From a virus (Duplodnaviria > Caudoviricetes), in the IMG/VR virus record IMGVR_UViG_3300007863_000014, positions 1-27,685 of that record: DNA of 27,685 nt; one strand, 5' to 3'. The notes under the pieces are model-generated. The model did not search any database. It had not been told where the DNA came from and was given only the letters and a program-made list of their open reading frames with translations. Shown piece by piece: positions 17,677 through 27,060 of the stretch. How positions within the stretch are numbered: position 1 is the stretch's first letter; every line of letters begins with the position of its first letter. A program made the position numbers and the translations under genes.

Positions 17677-20600
17677 ATGCCATTCAGTAGTAGTCCCGTA
17701 ACAGTAAATCCTGGGGATAACGTTCAAGTAAGATATCCGACGCCAGGAACCTGGAACACCAGTGTTACTGTCAATGTAAAGATTGGTACTGGAACTGATC
17801 CAGATGGAGTTACCTTTGGTACGAAAATTCCTGATGCTCTACCACAATCATTTGCTTTTACCAATCAATCTGGATTTACTGGTGCTTTTAATGGTACTAG
17901 CAGTAGTGGTGGGGTAAATGTATTCCAACGAAATACTACATATTATTCTCAAGTAATTGATATTGCTAGTATTGAGATTCCAATTCCTGCTAGTATTTCT
18001 GCTATATCTAACGGTCCTAAGAATAGTAATACAAACAATACTACAGCACAGTTTAGAATCTATAGAGGTGGTGCTTTTGACTCTTGGAGAACATCTATCA
18101 CTGCCAATATTTCTAATGGTACTGGTGGTCTCCAACCTGGAGATAAAATTCAATTAAGAGTAACAGTTCCAGACTGGTATGTTACCAGCACTCTGGTTAC
18201 TTTTAATGTAGGTGATGAGACATTTGGTACTGGTATTGGACAACCATCTACATCATTCTCTAGACAATGGGGTATTACTACTAGAGCACAAGATCAAAAC
18301 ATTAATCAATATGCTTTTACTGATAGAGTAGATCAGAAAATTCCTGCTGATGGTGGTCCTAGTTACTTTGGATATAACATTCCTATTACTGGTCTTGATG
18401 GTGATGTTGTACTTAGAGCAACATCTACTGGTAATGTACAAATTTCTGCTGATAATTCTAATTGGTCACAATCTATTGGTGATCAACTTGTCCTTGGTGA
18501 CACTCTCTACACAAGAATTCTTAATGGACCTAATTATACCCAGAAACGTACAGGTACGTTAAATGTATTTGCTGTTGGTGGTGATACCTATAGCAGAAGT
18601 GGTACGAATTATGAAAATACTACTGCTGGTACATACGGAGCAGGTACTTATCAGGTAACTCAAACTCTTGGTACAGTTACCGACAATTGGCAATCGTGGA
18701 CTGAAGTAGATAGATATACAGATCCAGTAGATGCCGCTCCTATTTTTACATATGGTGCTAAACTTGCGTTGACTGGAGCTCAACCAACTGGTGGGTTTGT
18801 TCCTGGTCAGAATTATAATGTTGTTGGTGGATCTGGCAACAGTATGGTAGTTAAAGTAACTACTGGTGGTTTTAATAACTTGGTTATTGTAGATCCTGGT
18901 TATGGATATACTATTGGAAACACCGTTACTATCAGTGGTGGTGGACAGACAGCTACATTACAAATTATAGAATATGAAAAAGTTGTAGTATCTGCTGATA
19001 ACTCACACAGTAGATCCGAACCTGGGTTCATGTATTTTGCTGATGTACTTATCACAGGTCTTGGCACAGAATATACTTCTGGAATTTACAATGACTTAGA
19101 AGCACCATATACAAATTTAAATAATAACAACCCAACGACTGCTAAAAATACAGTTGCTTCATTAAATGGTCAGGGAGTTAAGATGACCGCCATTATTGAT
19201 GGTACTGGTGGTTTTATTAGAAAAAATAATACTGGTACATGGGTACAGCAACTTATAGTTGAAGAAAATGATATTATTAACCTGAAAAAAGCATCGTCTG
19301 CTACTTACGGTGTTCTTCAAACTGCTAAGGTAAGATTACAAGGACCACCTGATGGTAATCCTACTATCGGCAATCCAACAGGTGGACCAAGTTCGCCAAC
19401 ATTTGCTGAAAAGACTTTCCAGATGAGTCTGTTCACTCGTGCAGCACGAACAGTTCCTTATCCATTCCATGCTACTCCTGTATATCTTTCAAATCCTGGT
19501 GTAGAACAAATTCAGGAAGTAAAAATTGATGGATTAGATCAAGCTACAACAGCATCAATTACTGGTGGTGTTGGTAGTCTTAGTGCTGATGGTATTAACT
19601 GGGGTTCGTCAGTTACTGTTCTGCCAACAACATATATTTTATATGTTAGACAGAATGCCGCCTCTGGATCTGGTGGTTTAGCACAACTTACATATAGAAT
19701 TGGTACAACATCTGATATTATTAATGGTCTTGCTCTATTTGATACATTTAGAGTATATACTAGTCAGTTTAATGTCTTAGGTGAATTTATTACTGAAACA
19801 TGGTTCGGTCAAAGTTTTATTGATTATACTGTCTTCCAGATTCCTGCCTTTGCTGGTGAAGCATTTTTCGTGTCGCTAATTGGTGCTGGTGGTGGATATG
19901 GTGGTTCTGACATACCCAATAGTACGGGTGGTCCTGGTGGTTCTGGTAATGTTACCAGACTAGCGGTTAGTATACCAACTGCTTTTTGGCCACTAAACAA
20001 TTTTGGAGAACCTGATTTTACACTAAGAATTTATCCTGCTGATAATGGTGAGGATGGTAGTGATTATGTAACAGGAACTGGTGGTGGAGATGGTGGATTT
20101 GGTTATGCTTATGGTGGCGATGGCGGCAACTCTGGCACTGGCGATCCTTCTGGTTCGGGTGGTGGCGGTGGTGGTGCTTCTGCTGTAACACTAAGTGATG
20201 GCACTTTGATTGCTATGGCTGGTGGAGGCGGTGGCGGTGGTGGCGCTGGTAATGATACTGCTACTCCATTAGAAATTCAATATGGTAATTATCAATCATA
20301 TGGTAGCTTAAGCACGTCAACAATAAACATCAACTTGCCTGGTGATGATGCTCCTGACAGAACTGGTCAAGGTGGTGGTCCTGGTGGTGGCGGTGGTGGA
20401 TATGATGGTGCTGCTGGTTCACTAATCACTAGTTATGTAGAGGTAGTTAGTGGTACTGAAATACCACTACAAACTAACGATCTAGATGCTACTGGTGGTC
20501 AAGGTGGTGGTGCTTTTTATAATACTACTTACTGTACTTTACTTGGTGCTGGAACTCCACAAGGTCAAGGTGCTGCTTGTGGTGAATCTGGCGCTGTTTA

Positions 20601-23430
20601 CATTGAATATTCACAGCAAGATGTAACACCAGATCCTTTTGCTTTCTCTACGACAGATGGTGCTACTATTGCTGAGGAAGTTTATTCTGATATTGTACAG
20701 ATCACAGGTATTACTGGAACCGTTGCTGTTTCTGTAACTTCTCCTGGGTTTACATCACAAGTTAGAATTTGTAGTACTGGATCAGAATCTAGTTGTGGAG
20801 GATGGCAGGCTTCTGCTCAAATAGCAAATGGCCAATATGTACAAATAAAAGCAATCACAGGTAATCAATTCTTTACCACATACACTGTTGGTGTTACTGT
20901 TGGCGATACTAGTGCTAACTGGGATATTAATACTGGTCCACCGCCAGACTCGGTTCCAAATCCGTTCTTCTTAACTCCAATTGATGGTGTAACTCCATCA
21001 ACTAGTGTTGTAAGTGAAGAGATTACAATTTCTGGTATTACTGTTCCCGTAATCATGACTGCTGTTGGTGCTGGTGCTGAGATTAGTGTAGAAGGTGCTG
21101 CTTACGTTTCTGGCACTCCTGGTGCTACCATATCAAATGGTGAAACGTTTACAATTAGACTGACATCTTCGGTTGATTTCTTGACTGAAGTAGAGACCGA
21201 AGTTACCGTTGGAAATGGAACTCCAACTGAATGGAAAGTTACGACTGCTGCTGAATTGGACTCAACTCCTGATCCTTATACTTGGATATATGAAGTTGGT
21301 GCTAATTTGTTGTCAACATTTGAAAGTAATACTAATTTAATCCAAGGTCTTGAAACTACTGTTGATTTTATTGTTGAGCAGGGTGCTGGTGATCAAGGAT
21401 CTGGTAGTGATTTAGCACGTATCATTAAAAATGGTGTATTATTGGCGGAAGGTGTTACAACGACTACAATTAATAACTTTGATACATTAGCACTACAGTA
21501 TACAACTAGTGATGTTATTGGCGAGACTAGGGTATTTAATACTAAATTAGGTCTTTCTACATCTACAGCAGGATTCTTTGAAACTCCTTGGAGTGTAGTT
21601 ACTGCTGGTCAATTTGGTACAGATCCCGATCCGTTCTCTTTTGCTACTCAAATTGCTTCTGCTCCTGATGTATTTACTGAAGCAGCAGAGACTATTACAA
21701 TTTCTGGTCTATCTCCTGGGATTACTATTGGATTGTATGGTACAAATGGACTTCAAATTAATGTTGGAGGTGGTGGATATAACACATATACGGTAGGTTC
21801 TCAAGCAAATGTATCAAATGGTTCAACATTTACTGTTAGACTATTATCTTCAGGGATCCCTGGATTTACAAGAACAGCATTTATTTTTGCTGGGTCTTAC
21901 GTAACTGGATACTCTCTTCAAACACCTGCTGCTGTACAAGATCCCATTAACAGTCAATGGTATAGTTCTATCACACCATGTAAATATATTGGTAATACAT
22001 TCAGTGGTCAGCAAGTCAGACTTAATACTAAATTTGATGGATTGCCTATTGGTGCTATTATGCCTGTATTCCAGGATGGTACTGAGTCTGACTTCTGGGG
22101 CAAACTTGATGGCAAACCAGACTCTAGATTCCCGAGTTGGGTTAACTGTGATGGTGGATATTATGATCCAGCAGAATATCCATTGCTATTCTCTGTATTA
22201 GACTATGATTATGGTGCTAAAACTGTTGGTGGTGATGTATACTTTAGAGTCCCTGATTACAGAAATAGATATGTCAAGGGAACGGGTGTTATCGATGGCA
22301 ATTCTCAATCATCACCTGGATTAGTTCCAGGATTCAAACCAACCAAGCAATCGGGTTCTCCTGGTAACCAAGAACCTGGAGCATTTGGTGGTATGTGGTT
22401 TGTAGATACTATTGGCGATCCTGGTGTTGATGAACTAGAACAGGTTATTACTCCTGCTACTGGACAACCAGCACAAGAATCTGAATATTTTGGTATTGCT
22501 CAGGTATCTACTACTGGATATACTCAAGTCAGTGGATTGATTGAGTTCTTTACATCGGGTAAAGCAGCATGTCCTGTTGGATTGAAACCAGAAAAGATTT
22601 ATGATGTTCCTCTACACTTCCACGATTTGATCTCTGGTGTTGCTGACCCAGGTAGATTTAAAGGTAAAGTTTCCTGGGGTGGTAATGCTGGATTTGGTAT
22701 TGATGTTGCGCCACCTAATGCTGCTAATTTAGGATCACCTACAGTGGCAACATTTGAATCATCAGGTCAGTTCTCATTCAACTTATGGGGATATGCTTTA
22801 CAAAATTATGATCTACAAGCAGATAATTTACCTGGATCTACTGGATGTGATGAATCTGGTTGGTGGGATGGAACTAAAGATAATTGGGGTGGGGGAACAT
22901 CTCCTGGTTATCAAGGTGTTAACAGTGTTGGTGGTTATGGTTCTATTACCATTGAACAAAGTGGTATAACTGGAGCGGTTTATAATGAGATCAATTCTTA
23001 TATTGATTTAGCTTCTATACCATTTACGGGTCAGACTGGAGCATATGGTGGTGAAAATGCTAGAAAGTTCCTTAGTACAGTTGACATTCCTGAGAAAGAA
23101 GTTACTGTTAAATCATATAACCCTGTGAATAAATTGAAGCATAATCACTATGTTTCATTGACTTCTATAGGTGATGATGCCGTCTATGGTTATGGTAATA
23201 ATGAGACTGGTGGTACTGCTAGTTCTGCTCTCAATAGTTTCTCTGGTGGTATTAACAGTTCTGTTAACCTAGAATTCTCTGCTTTAGATGTTGGTATTCA
23301 AGTTCTTCCTGGTACATTTACACTACAACAAACCAAACAGTTGATTCCTGTTCCCTCGTTCTCACCCCAAGATCAAGTTCCGATGGTCACACCTTACGTG
23401 TGGTCCAAGTGGATGATCAAAGCGTTCTAA
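17677..23430 (+). CDS. Long repeat-stalk fibre protein with internal Gly-rich domain and C-terminal tail-collar domain (1917 aa)
   Basis: Repeats of about 110 aa starting P(D/N)PF.F. Gly-rich domain about 19880-20620. Collar motif LPIGAIMP...PSWVNCDG...EYPLLFSVL...YG...FRVPDYRNRYVKG from 22042. Two HxH motifs (LHFHD, KHNHY). Ends WMIKAF. Confidence 0.85.
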   Translation: MPFSSSPVTVNPGDNVQVRYPTPGTWNTSVTVNVKIGTGTDPDGVTFGTKIPDALPQSFAFTNQSGFTGAFNGTSSSGGVNVFQRNTTYYSQVIDIASIEIPIPASISAISNGPKNSNTNNTTAQFRIYRGGAFDSWRTSITANISNGTGGLQPGDKIQLRVTVPDWYVTSTLVTFNVGDETFGTGIGQPSTSFSRQWGITTRAQDQNINQYAFTDRVDQKIPADGGPSYFGYNIPITGLDGDVVLRATSTGNVQISADNSNWSQSIGDQLVLGDTLYTRILNGPNYTQKRTGTLNVFAVGGDTYSRSGTNYENTTAGTYGAGTYQVTQTLGTVTDNWQSWTEVDRYTDPVDAAPIFTYGAKLALTGAQPTGGFVPGQNYNVVGGSGNSMVVKVTTGGFNNLVIVDPGYGYTIGNTVTISGGGQTATLQIIEYEKVVVSADNSHSRSEPGFMYFADVLITGLGTEYTSGIYNDLEAPYTNLNNNNPTTAKNTVASLNGQGVKMTAIIDGTGGFIRKNNTGTWVQQLIVEENDIINLKKASSATYGVLQTAKVRLQGPPDGNPTIGNPTGGPSSPTFAEKTFQMSLFTRAARTVPYPFHATPVYLSNPGVEQIQEVKIDGLDQATTASITGGVGSLSADGINWGSSVTVLPTTYILYVRQNAASGSGGLAQLTYRIGTTSDIINGLALFDTFRVYTSQFNVLGEFITETWFGQSFIDYTVFQIPAFAGEAFFVSLIGAGGGYGGSDIPNSTGGPGGSGNVTRLAVSIPTAFWPLNNFGEPDFTLRIYPADNGEDGSDYVTGTGGGDGGFGYAYGGDGGNSGTGDPSGSGGGGGGASAVTLSDGTLIAMAGGGGGGGGAGNDTATPLEIQYGNYQSYGSLSTSTININLPGDDAPDRTGQGGGPGGGGGGYDGAAGSLITSYVEVVSGTEIPLQTNDLDATGGQGGGAFYNTTYCTLLGAGTPQGQGAACGESGAVYIEYSQQDVTPDPFAFSTTDGATIAEEVYSDIVQITGITGTVAVSVTSPGFTSQVRICSTGSESSCGGWQASAQIANGQYVQIKAITGNQFFTTYTVGVTVGDTSANWDINTGPPPDSVPNPFFLTPIDGVTPSTSVVSEEITISGITVPVIMTAVGAGAEISVEGAAYVSGTPGATISNGETFTIRLTSSVDFLTEVETEVTVGNGTPTEWKVTTAAELDSTPDPYTWIYEVGANLLSTFESNTNLIQGLETTVDFIVEQGAGDQGSGSDLARIIKNGVLLAEGVTTTTINNFDTLALQYTTSDVIGETRVFNTKLGLSTSTAGFFETPWSVVTAGQFGTDPDPFSFATQIASAPDVFTEAAETITISGLSPGITIGLYGTNGLQINVGGGGYNTYTVGSQANVSNGSTFTVRLLSSGIPGFTRTAFIFAGSYVTGYSLQTPAAVQDPINSQWYSSITPCKYIGNTFSGQQVRLNTKFDGLPIGAIMPVFQDGTESDFWGKLDGKPDSRFPSWVNCDGGYYDPAEYPLLFSVLDYDYGAKTVGGDVYFRVPDYRNRYVKGTGVIDGNSQSSPGLVPGFKPTKQSGSPGNQEPGAFGGMWFVDTIGDPGVDELEQVITPATGQPAQESEYFGIAQVSTTGYTQVSGLIEFFTSGKAACPVGLKPEKIYDVPLHFHDLISGVADPGRFKGKVSWGGNAGFGIDVAPPNAANLGSPTVATFESSGQFSFNLWGYALQNYDLQADNLPGSTGCDESGWWDGTKDNWGGGTSPGYQGVNSVGGYGSITIEQSGITGAVYNEINSYIDLASIPFTGQTGAYGGENARKFLSTVDIPEKEVTVKSYNPVNKLKHNHYVSLTSIGDDAVYGYGNNETGGTASSALNSFSGGINSSVNLEFSALDVGIQVLPGTFTLQQTKQLIPVPSFSPQDQVPMVTPYVWSKWMIKAF
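20629..21945 (+). repeat. Four tandem stalk repeats of about 105-120 aa in the 1917-aa protein
   Basis: Units start PDPFAF (20629), PNPFFL (20956), PDPYTW (21268), PDPFSF (21625). More diverged copies lie at about 17840-19750. Confidence 0.8.
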
Positions 23431-23433
23431 ATA
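23427..23433 (+). promoter_or_regulatory. Putative T4-like late promoter (CTAAATA)
   Basis: Overlaps the TAA stop at 23428-23430, 22 nt upstream of ATG 23456. Same heptamer as at 17635. Confidence 0.6.
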
Positions 23434-23455
23434 GTAAAAAGGTATTCTAGTAGAA

Positions 23456-24388
23456 ATGGCGTTCAATCCAGACGATTTTCAATTTGAGAAAATCCTACCC
23501 CCCGAAGAAAGAAAACCTATTTTAGAATGGGACGCTTTACATCGTCTGATGGTTGTTCGTGTCAAGCAATCTGGTGAGTGGACTTACCTTGGTACAAAAC
23601 TTGATGCCCAGGTAAATACCAACCTACACAATAATCTACCAGATGAGTGGTCTAACGAAAATGACCGAATTGTAACTTTTGCTGTTTTTGAAGATGGTGA
23701 TCATATCTTTGAGAAGGAAAAACTAAAATTTGATTTTTCTACAAAAACATCAAAATGGTTGAGATATGAAAAAAATGATCTTACCTCTGGTCAAGTAAAA
23801 GAACTATTTGATATTCTCAAGGCAGCACTAGCAGTACAGCAAACTGATGCTGAAGTTGTAAAATCGAAAGCAATCGTTGATGTTGCTACTAGAAGAGAAT
23901 ATCTAGTAAAAACTGATGAAGAAAAGAAGGCAGTTCTAAATAAATTGCTTCGTGGTTCTGATTGGTCACAACTATCAGATGCTACGGAAAAGTTTAGTGG
24001 CGAACTAGAAATGTGGACTGCTTATAGAACATATTTGAGAGATAATATTAAAACACCAGAAGATTTTGATGATATGCTAGACTATCTTATCTGGGATGAA
24101 GAATATAATTGGCCAATAGATCCTTATGCCTATCATGAAATGGATCCAGATCATGAGACTGAATATCTATCAGTTCCCAGTCATTTTAAGTTTAGTGCAT
24201 TTGAAGCAGGAGAATATAGTACCGAACAACTCGTAGGTAATATTAAACAGTCTGCTGTTCTTGCTAAACAACGTCAAGATGAGGGTGGATTGCCATTGAA
24301 TAAGCAAATTTGGGATAAGATACAGCAGTATAGTTTGAATGAAGGACTAACTGGTGCTGTTATTGAAAATTTGAACATCACGGAGTAA
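23456..24388 (+). CDS. Tail-fibre assembly chaperone-like protein (310 aa)
   Basis: Internal LNKLLRGSDWSQLSDA...WTAYRTYLRD...WPIDP matches the RNxLLxxSDWTQLxD...WxxYRxxLRD...WP signature of phage tail assembly chaperones. Directly follows the fibre genes. Confidence 0.72.
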   Translation: MAFNPDDFQFEKILPPEERKPILEWDALHRLMVVRVKQSGEWTYLGTKLDAQVNTNLHNNLPDEWSNENDRIVTFAVFEDGDHIFEKEKLKFDFSTKTSKWLRYEKNDLTSGQVKELFDILKAALAVQQTDAEVVKSKAIVDVATRREYLVKTDEEKKAVLNKLLRGSDWSQLSDATEKFSGELEMWTAYRTYLRDNIKTPEDFDDMLDYLIWDEEYNWPIDPYAYHEMDPDHETEYLSVPSHFKFSAFEAGEYSTEQLVGNIKQSAVLAKQRQDEGGLPLNKQIWDKIQQYSLNEGLTGAVIENLNITE

Positions 24389-24392
24389 TATA

Positions 24393-24776
24393 ATGTACGT
24401 TACATCTAGAAACTTTGCCGAGTGGATTAAACACTATACAGAGGCAACACAATCAACAGTTGTACTATTAAGAACTGTAGGACCAGATGGTGTAGATGAT
24501 GCTACTAAAGCAACTGCTATCTATTCAGCATATTATTTGAATATGCAGTCTGAGAATCCAGCAATCTTTGATAAACTATTGTATAATGAGTTTACATTTG
24601 TTGAATTTACCACTGAGGAGTCTGCTGATGAGTTCTGTAGAGAGAATTTCCCCAATACTAAACCAGACGATCTGGATTATTTCATTCAATACGTTATTTT
24701 TAGTAATGGATTGTACGTTAGAGGAAACGATGGGATGACTGGACTCCGAGAACCACAACCAGAACCACTTCCATAA
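24393..24776 (+). CDS. Hypothetical protein (127 aa)
   Basis: ATG 4 nt after the previous stop, normal acidic composition, ends just before the terminator hairpin. No recognisable motif. Confidence 0.75.
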   Translation: MYVTSRNFAEWIKHYTEATQSTVVLLRTVGPDGVDDATKATAIYSAYYLNMQSENPAIFDKLLYNEFTFVEFTTEESADEFCRENFPNTKPDDLDYFIQYVIFSNGLYVRGNDGMTGLREPQPEPLP

Positions 24777-24783
24777 CTGGACT

Positions 24784-24809
24784 AGACCGCCCCACAAGGG
24801 CGGTTTTCT
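24784..24809 (+). terminator. Rho-independent terminator closing the tail operon
   Basis: Stem ACCGCCC (24786-24792), loop CACAA, stem GGGCGGT (24798-24804), then TTTCT. Starts a few nt after the stop at 24776. Confidence 0.75.
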
Positions 24810-24817
24810 GCTATAAT
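24809..24817 (+). promoter_or_regulatory. Extended -10 (sigma70-type early) promoter for helicase-HNH-MTase
   Basis: Perfect TGnTATAAT (TGCTATAAT) 24 nt upstream of ATG 24842. No TTGACA at the -35 position. Confidence 0.75.
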
Positions 24818-24841
24818 AATAGGGTAGTCAGCAAGGCATTC

Positions 24842-26089
24842 ATGCTCACCCTTCGTCCTCATCAGCAGCGAGCACTTGCTGCTCTTGAGAACAATTCCTT
24901 TGGTCAGGTCATTGTCCCCACAGGTGGTGGCAAGACTCTCGTCATGATCAAGGACACTGAGCGTCGTTTGCTCGCCGCCACCACGCCACAGACTATTGTA
25001 GTGGTCGCCCCACGTATTCTGCTGGCAAACCAACTGTGTGATGAGTTCTGGAATGCTCTCAACGGTGTTGTGAATGCTGAAATGTTCCACGTTCATAGTG
25101 GTGAAACTTCTTTCGGAAGCAGCACTAAAGTTCAACAGATCCAGTGTCACCATGGTGTATGTAAATCTGCTGGTATTCATGAGATTATCTTCACCACATA
25201 CAATAGTCTCCGTCGTATTGTAGAGTCTGACATTGATATTGACTGTATCTATTACGATGAGGCACACAATGCTGTCCGTCGTGATTTTTTTGAGTCTGTA
25301 CTCAATGTTGAGTCTAAGTCCTACTATTTCTTTACCGCCACACCTAAGCACACTCGTAATGCTTACGGACGTGGCATGAACAATAGCACAGTATATGGTC
25401 CTGTGCTTGAGAGTGTGCCTGCTCCTGAACTGATCAACAACGGCAGCATTCTTGCTCCTGAGGTAATATCTTATGAGGTTGACTTTGAGAGAGTCAAGGG
25501 TCAGTTCTCCTATGAGTCTGACAAAGACACACTCACCAATCTAATTGAAGACATTGATGCTGATGGCAATAAGATCTTAGTTGCTGCTCCTAGTAGCAAG
25601 GTCATGTTTAATCTGCTTTCCAAGACAACTGTGCTTGACTTCTTTCATGAGAAGGGTTATGATGTACTCCACATCACCAGCAAGTATGGTGCTTATGTGA
25701 ACAAGACTAAGGTCAACCGTGAGCAGTTCTTCGACACGTTCAATGCTTGGGGCAAAGATCCAAACCGTAAGTTTGTGATCTTCCACTACAGCATCCTGTC
25801 TGAAGGCATCAACGTTCACGGTCTAACACATTGTGTGTTCCTTCGTCAACTCGATGTCATTCAAATGGCACAAACTGTTGGTCGTGTCATCCGTCTTAAC
25901 AAAGATGACGCTGCTGACATTGCTTGTGGTAAGATTATCCCAGGCAAGTTTGACATGTACCGTAAGTCTTGTGGTAAGGTCATCGTACCTGTCTTCAAGA
26001 ACTACGGTGCTCACACTATCAAACGTCTTCAAAACCTTGTCGAGACTATTTTCGTCAAGGGTCTTCCTGCTGTTTCCGTCACTGTCTGA
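24842..26089 (+). CDS. Superfamily 2 DEAH helicase/ATPase, ResIII-like (415 aa)
   Basis: Q-motif LRPHQ, Walker A PTGGGKT, motif Ia VVAPRILLANQ, Walker B YYDEAH, motif III TATP, motif V SEGINV, motif VI QTVGRVIR. Confidence 0.93.
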   Translation: MLTLRPHQQRALAALENNSFGQVIVPTGGGKTLVMIKDTERRLLAATTPQTIVVVAPRILLANQLCDEFWNALNGVVNAEMFHVHSGETSFGSSTKVQQIQCHHGVCKSAGIHEIIFTTYNSLRRIVESDIDIDCIYYDEAHNAVRRDFFESVLNVESKSYYFFTATPKHTRNAYGRGMNNSTVYGPVLESVPAPELINNGSILAPEVISYEVDFERVKGQFSYESDKDTLTNLIEDIDADGNKILVAAPSSKVMFNLLSKTTVLDFFHEKGYDVLHITSKYGAYVNKTKVNREQFFDTFNAWGKDPNRKFVIFHYSILSEGINVHGLTHCVFLRQLDVIQMAQTVGRVIRLNKDDAADIACGKIIPGKFDMYRKSCGKVIVPVFKNYGAHTIKRLQNLVETIFVKGLPAVSVTV

Positions 26090-27060
26090 TGAACTCAACT
26101 CGTATTCCTGGTCACCAAATTCTCGATTGGCATCAAACTATGGGTCTCTTGGATAACAAAGAGACTCTACTATCTGGTGGTGATGCTATTCGATCCAACG
26201 TAAATACTGTTGAAGTATCATGGGAAGAAGCATCTATTTTTTATAATTCTCAGTCTACATCTGATCGTGCCATGATTCGTAAGTCTGGTCAACAGGGTCA
26301 CCTTGGTTGGTGGGATCCAGTCAGTGAATCATTGACAGATAATCCTACACAACAGCGTGGCATTCTTCTGTGTCAAATGTATCTGAAGCAAGATCGTAAG
26401 TGTGCTTATACTTTGAGTGGACCACATCATATTCTTGACTTACAAGTTGAGCATATCTCACCTAACGGTGGAGATCATCCAGATAATATGATCTTGACTC
26501 TATACAATGTCAATGAGAATCGTAAACAATCCACCATGGAGGTGTTTGTTGATCGTTGGCAGAAACGTGCTGACAAAGGAGAGACAGAGTTTAATAGTTG
26601 GTATGCTGATACGCTCAAAGCATCTGCTAAAGGACAGAAAGAGAAGGTCAAGATCCTCGCTATGGATGAGGAGGATCTAGCAAAGTTTGCTCCTATGTGT
26701 GCTAAACGCTATGAGAAGTACATGTGGCGTAATATTGGTATGTCATCACTACAACCATTTCGTTTAACTAAGAAGGGAGAAGTACGTTCTGGTGGTAGTC
26801 AAGGCAATTACAAACCAGTTCTTAATACTATTCTACACGAATACTTGTACGGTAACAAGGAATTAGCACAACAGATGTTCAGTGCCATACGTATTGCTGC
26901 TTCTAGTTATGTAAACGGAAGAATCAACAACGACACATATGCATATATTATGTGTGACTGTCTAGACTTGTCAGATCACCAACCTGTAGGATATAATAGA
27001 GATAAGTTTACTGCCAAAGTTCTTCGTAGCACCTATTCATGGCCCCATCTCAAAAAGTAA
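26089..27060 (+). CDS. HNH (H-N-N) endonuclease (323 aa)
   Basis: YLKQDRKCAYT...LQVEHISP...DHPDNMILTLYNVNENRK is a beta-beta-alpha-metal motif. TGATG coupling to the helicase. Confidence 0.8.
   Translation: MNSTRIPGHQILDWHQTMGLLDNKETLLSGGDAIRSNVNTVEVSWEEASIFYNSQSTSDRAMIRKSGQQGHLGWWDPVSESLTDNPTQQRGILLCQMYLKQDRKCAYTLSGPHHILDLQVEHISPNGGDHPDNMILTLYNVNENRKQSTMEVFVDRWQKRADKGETEFNSWYADTLKASAKGQKEKVKILAMDEEDLAKFAPMCAKRYEKYMWRNIGMSSLQPFRLTKKGEVRSGGSQGNYKPVLNTILHEYLYGNKELAQQMFSAIRIAASSYVNGRINNDTYAYIMCDCLDLSDHQPVGYNRDKFTAKVLRSTYSWPHLKK

Noticed and set aside
24842-26089. Assignment as T4 uvsW
   Set aside because: It begins directly at the Q-motif without the UvsW N-terminal region and is shorter. Only a generic SF2/ResIII-like call is supportable.
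26089-27060. Cas9/IscB-like RNA-guided nuclease
   Set aside because: Only the HNH motif is similar. No RuvC motifs, no CRISPR array, and no intergenic space for a guide RNA.
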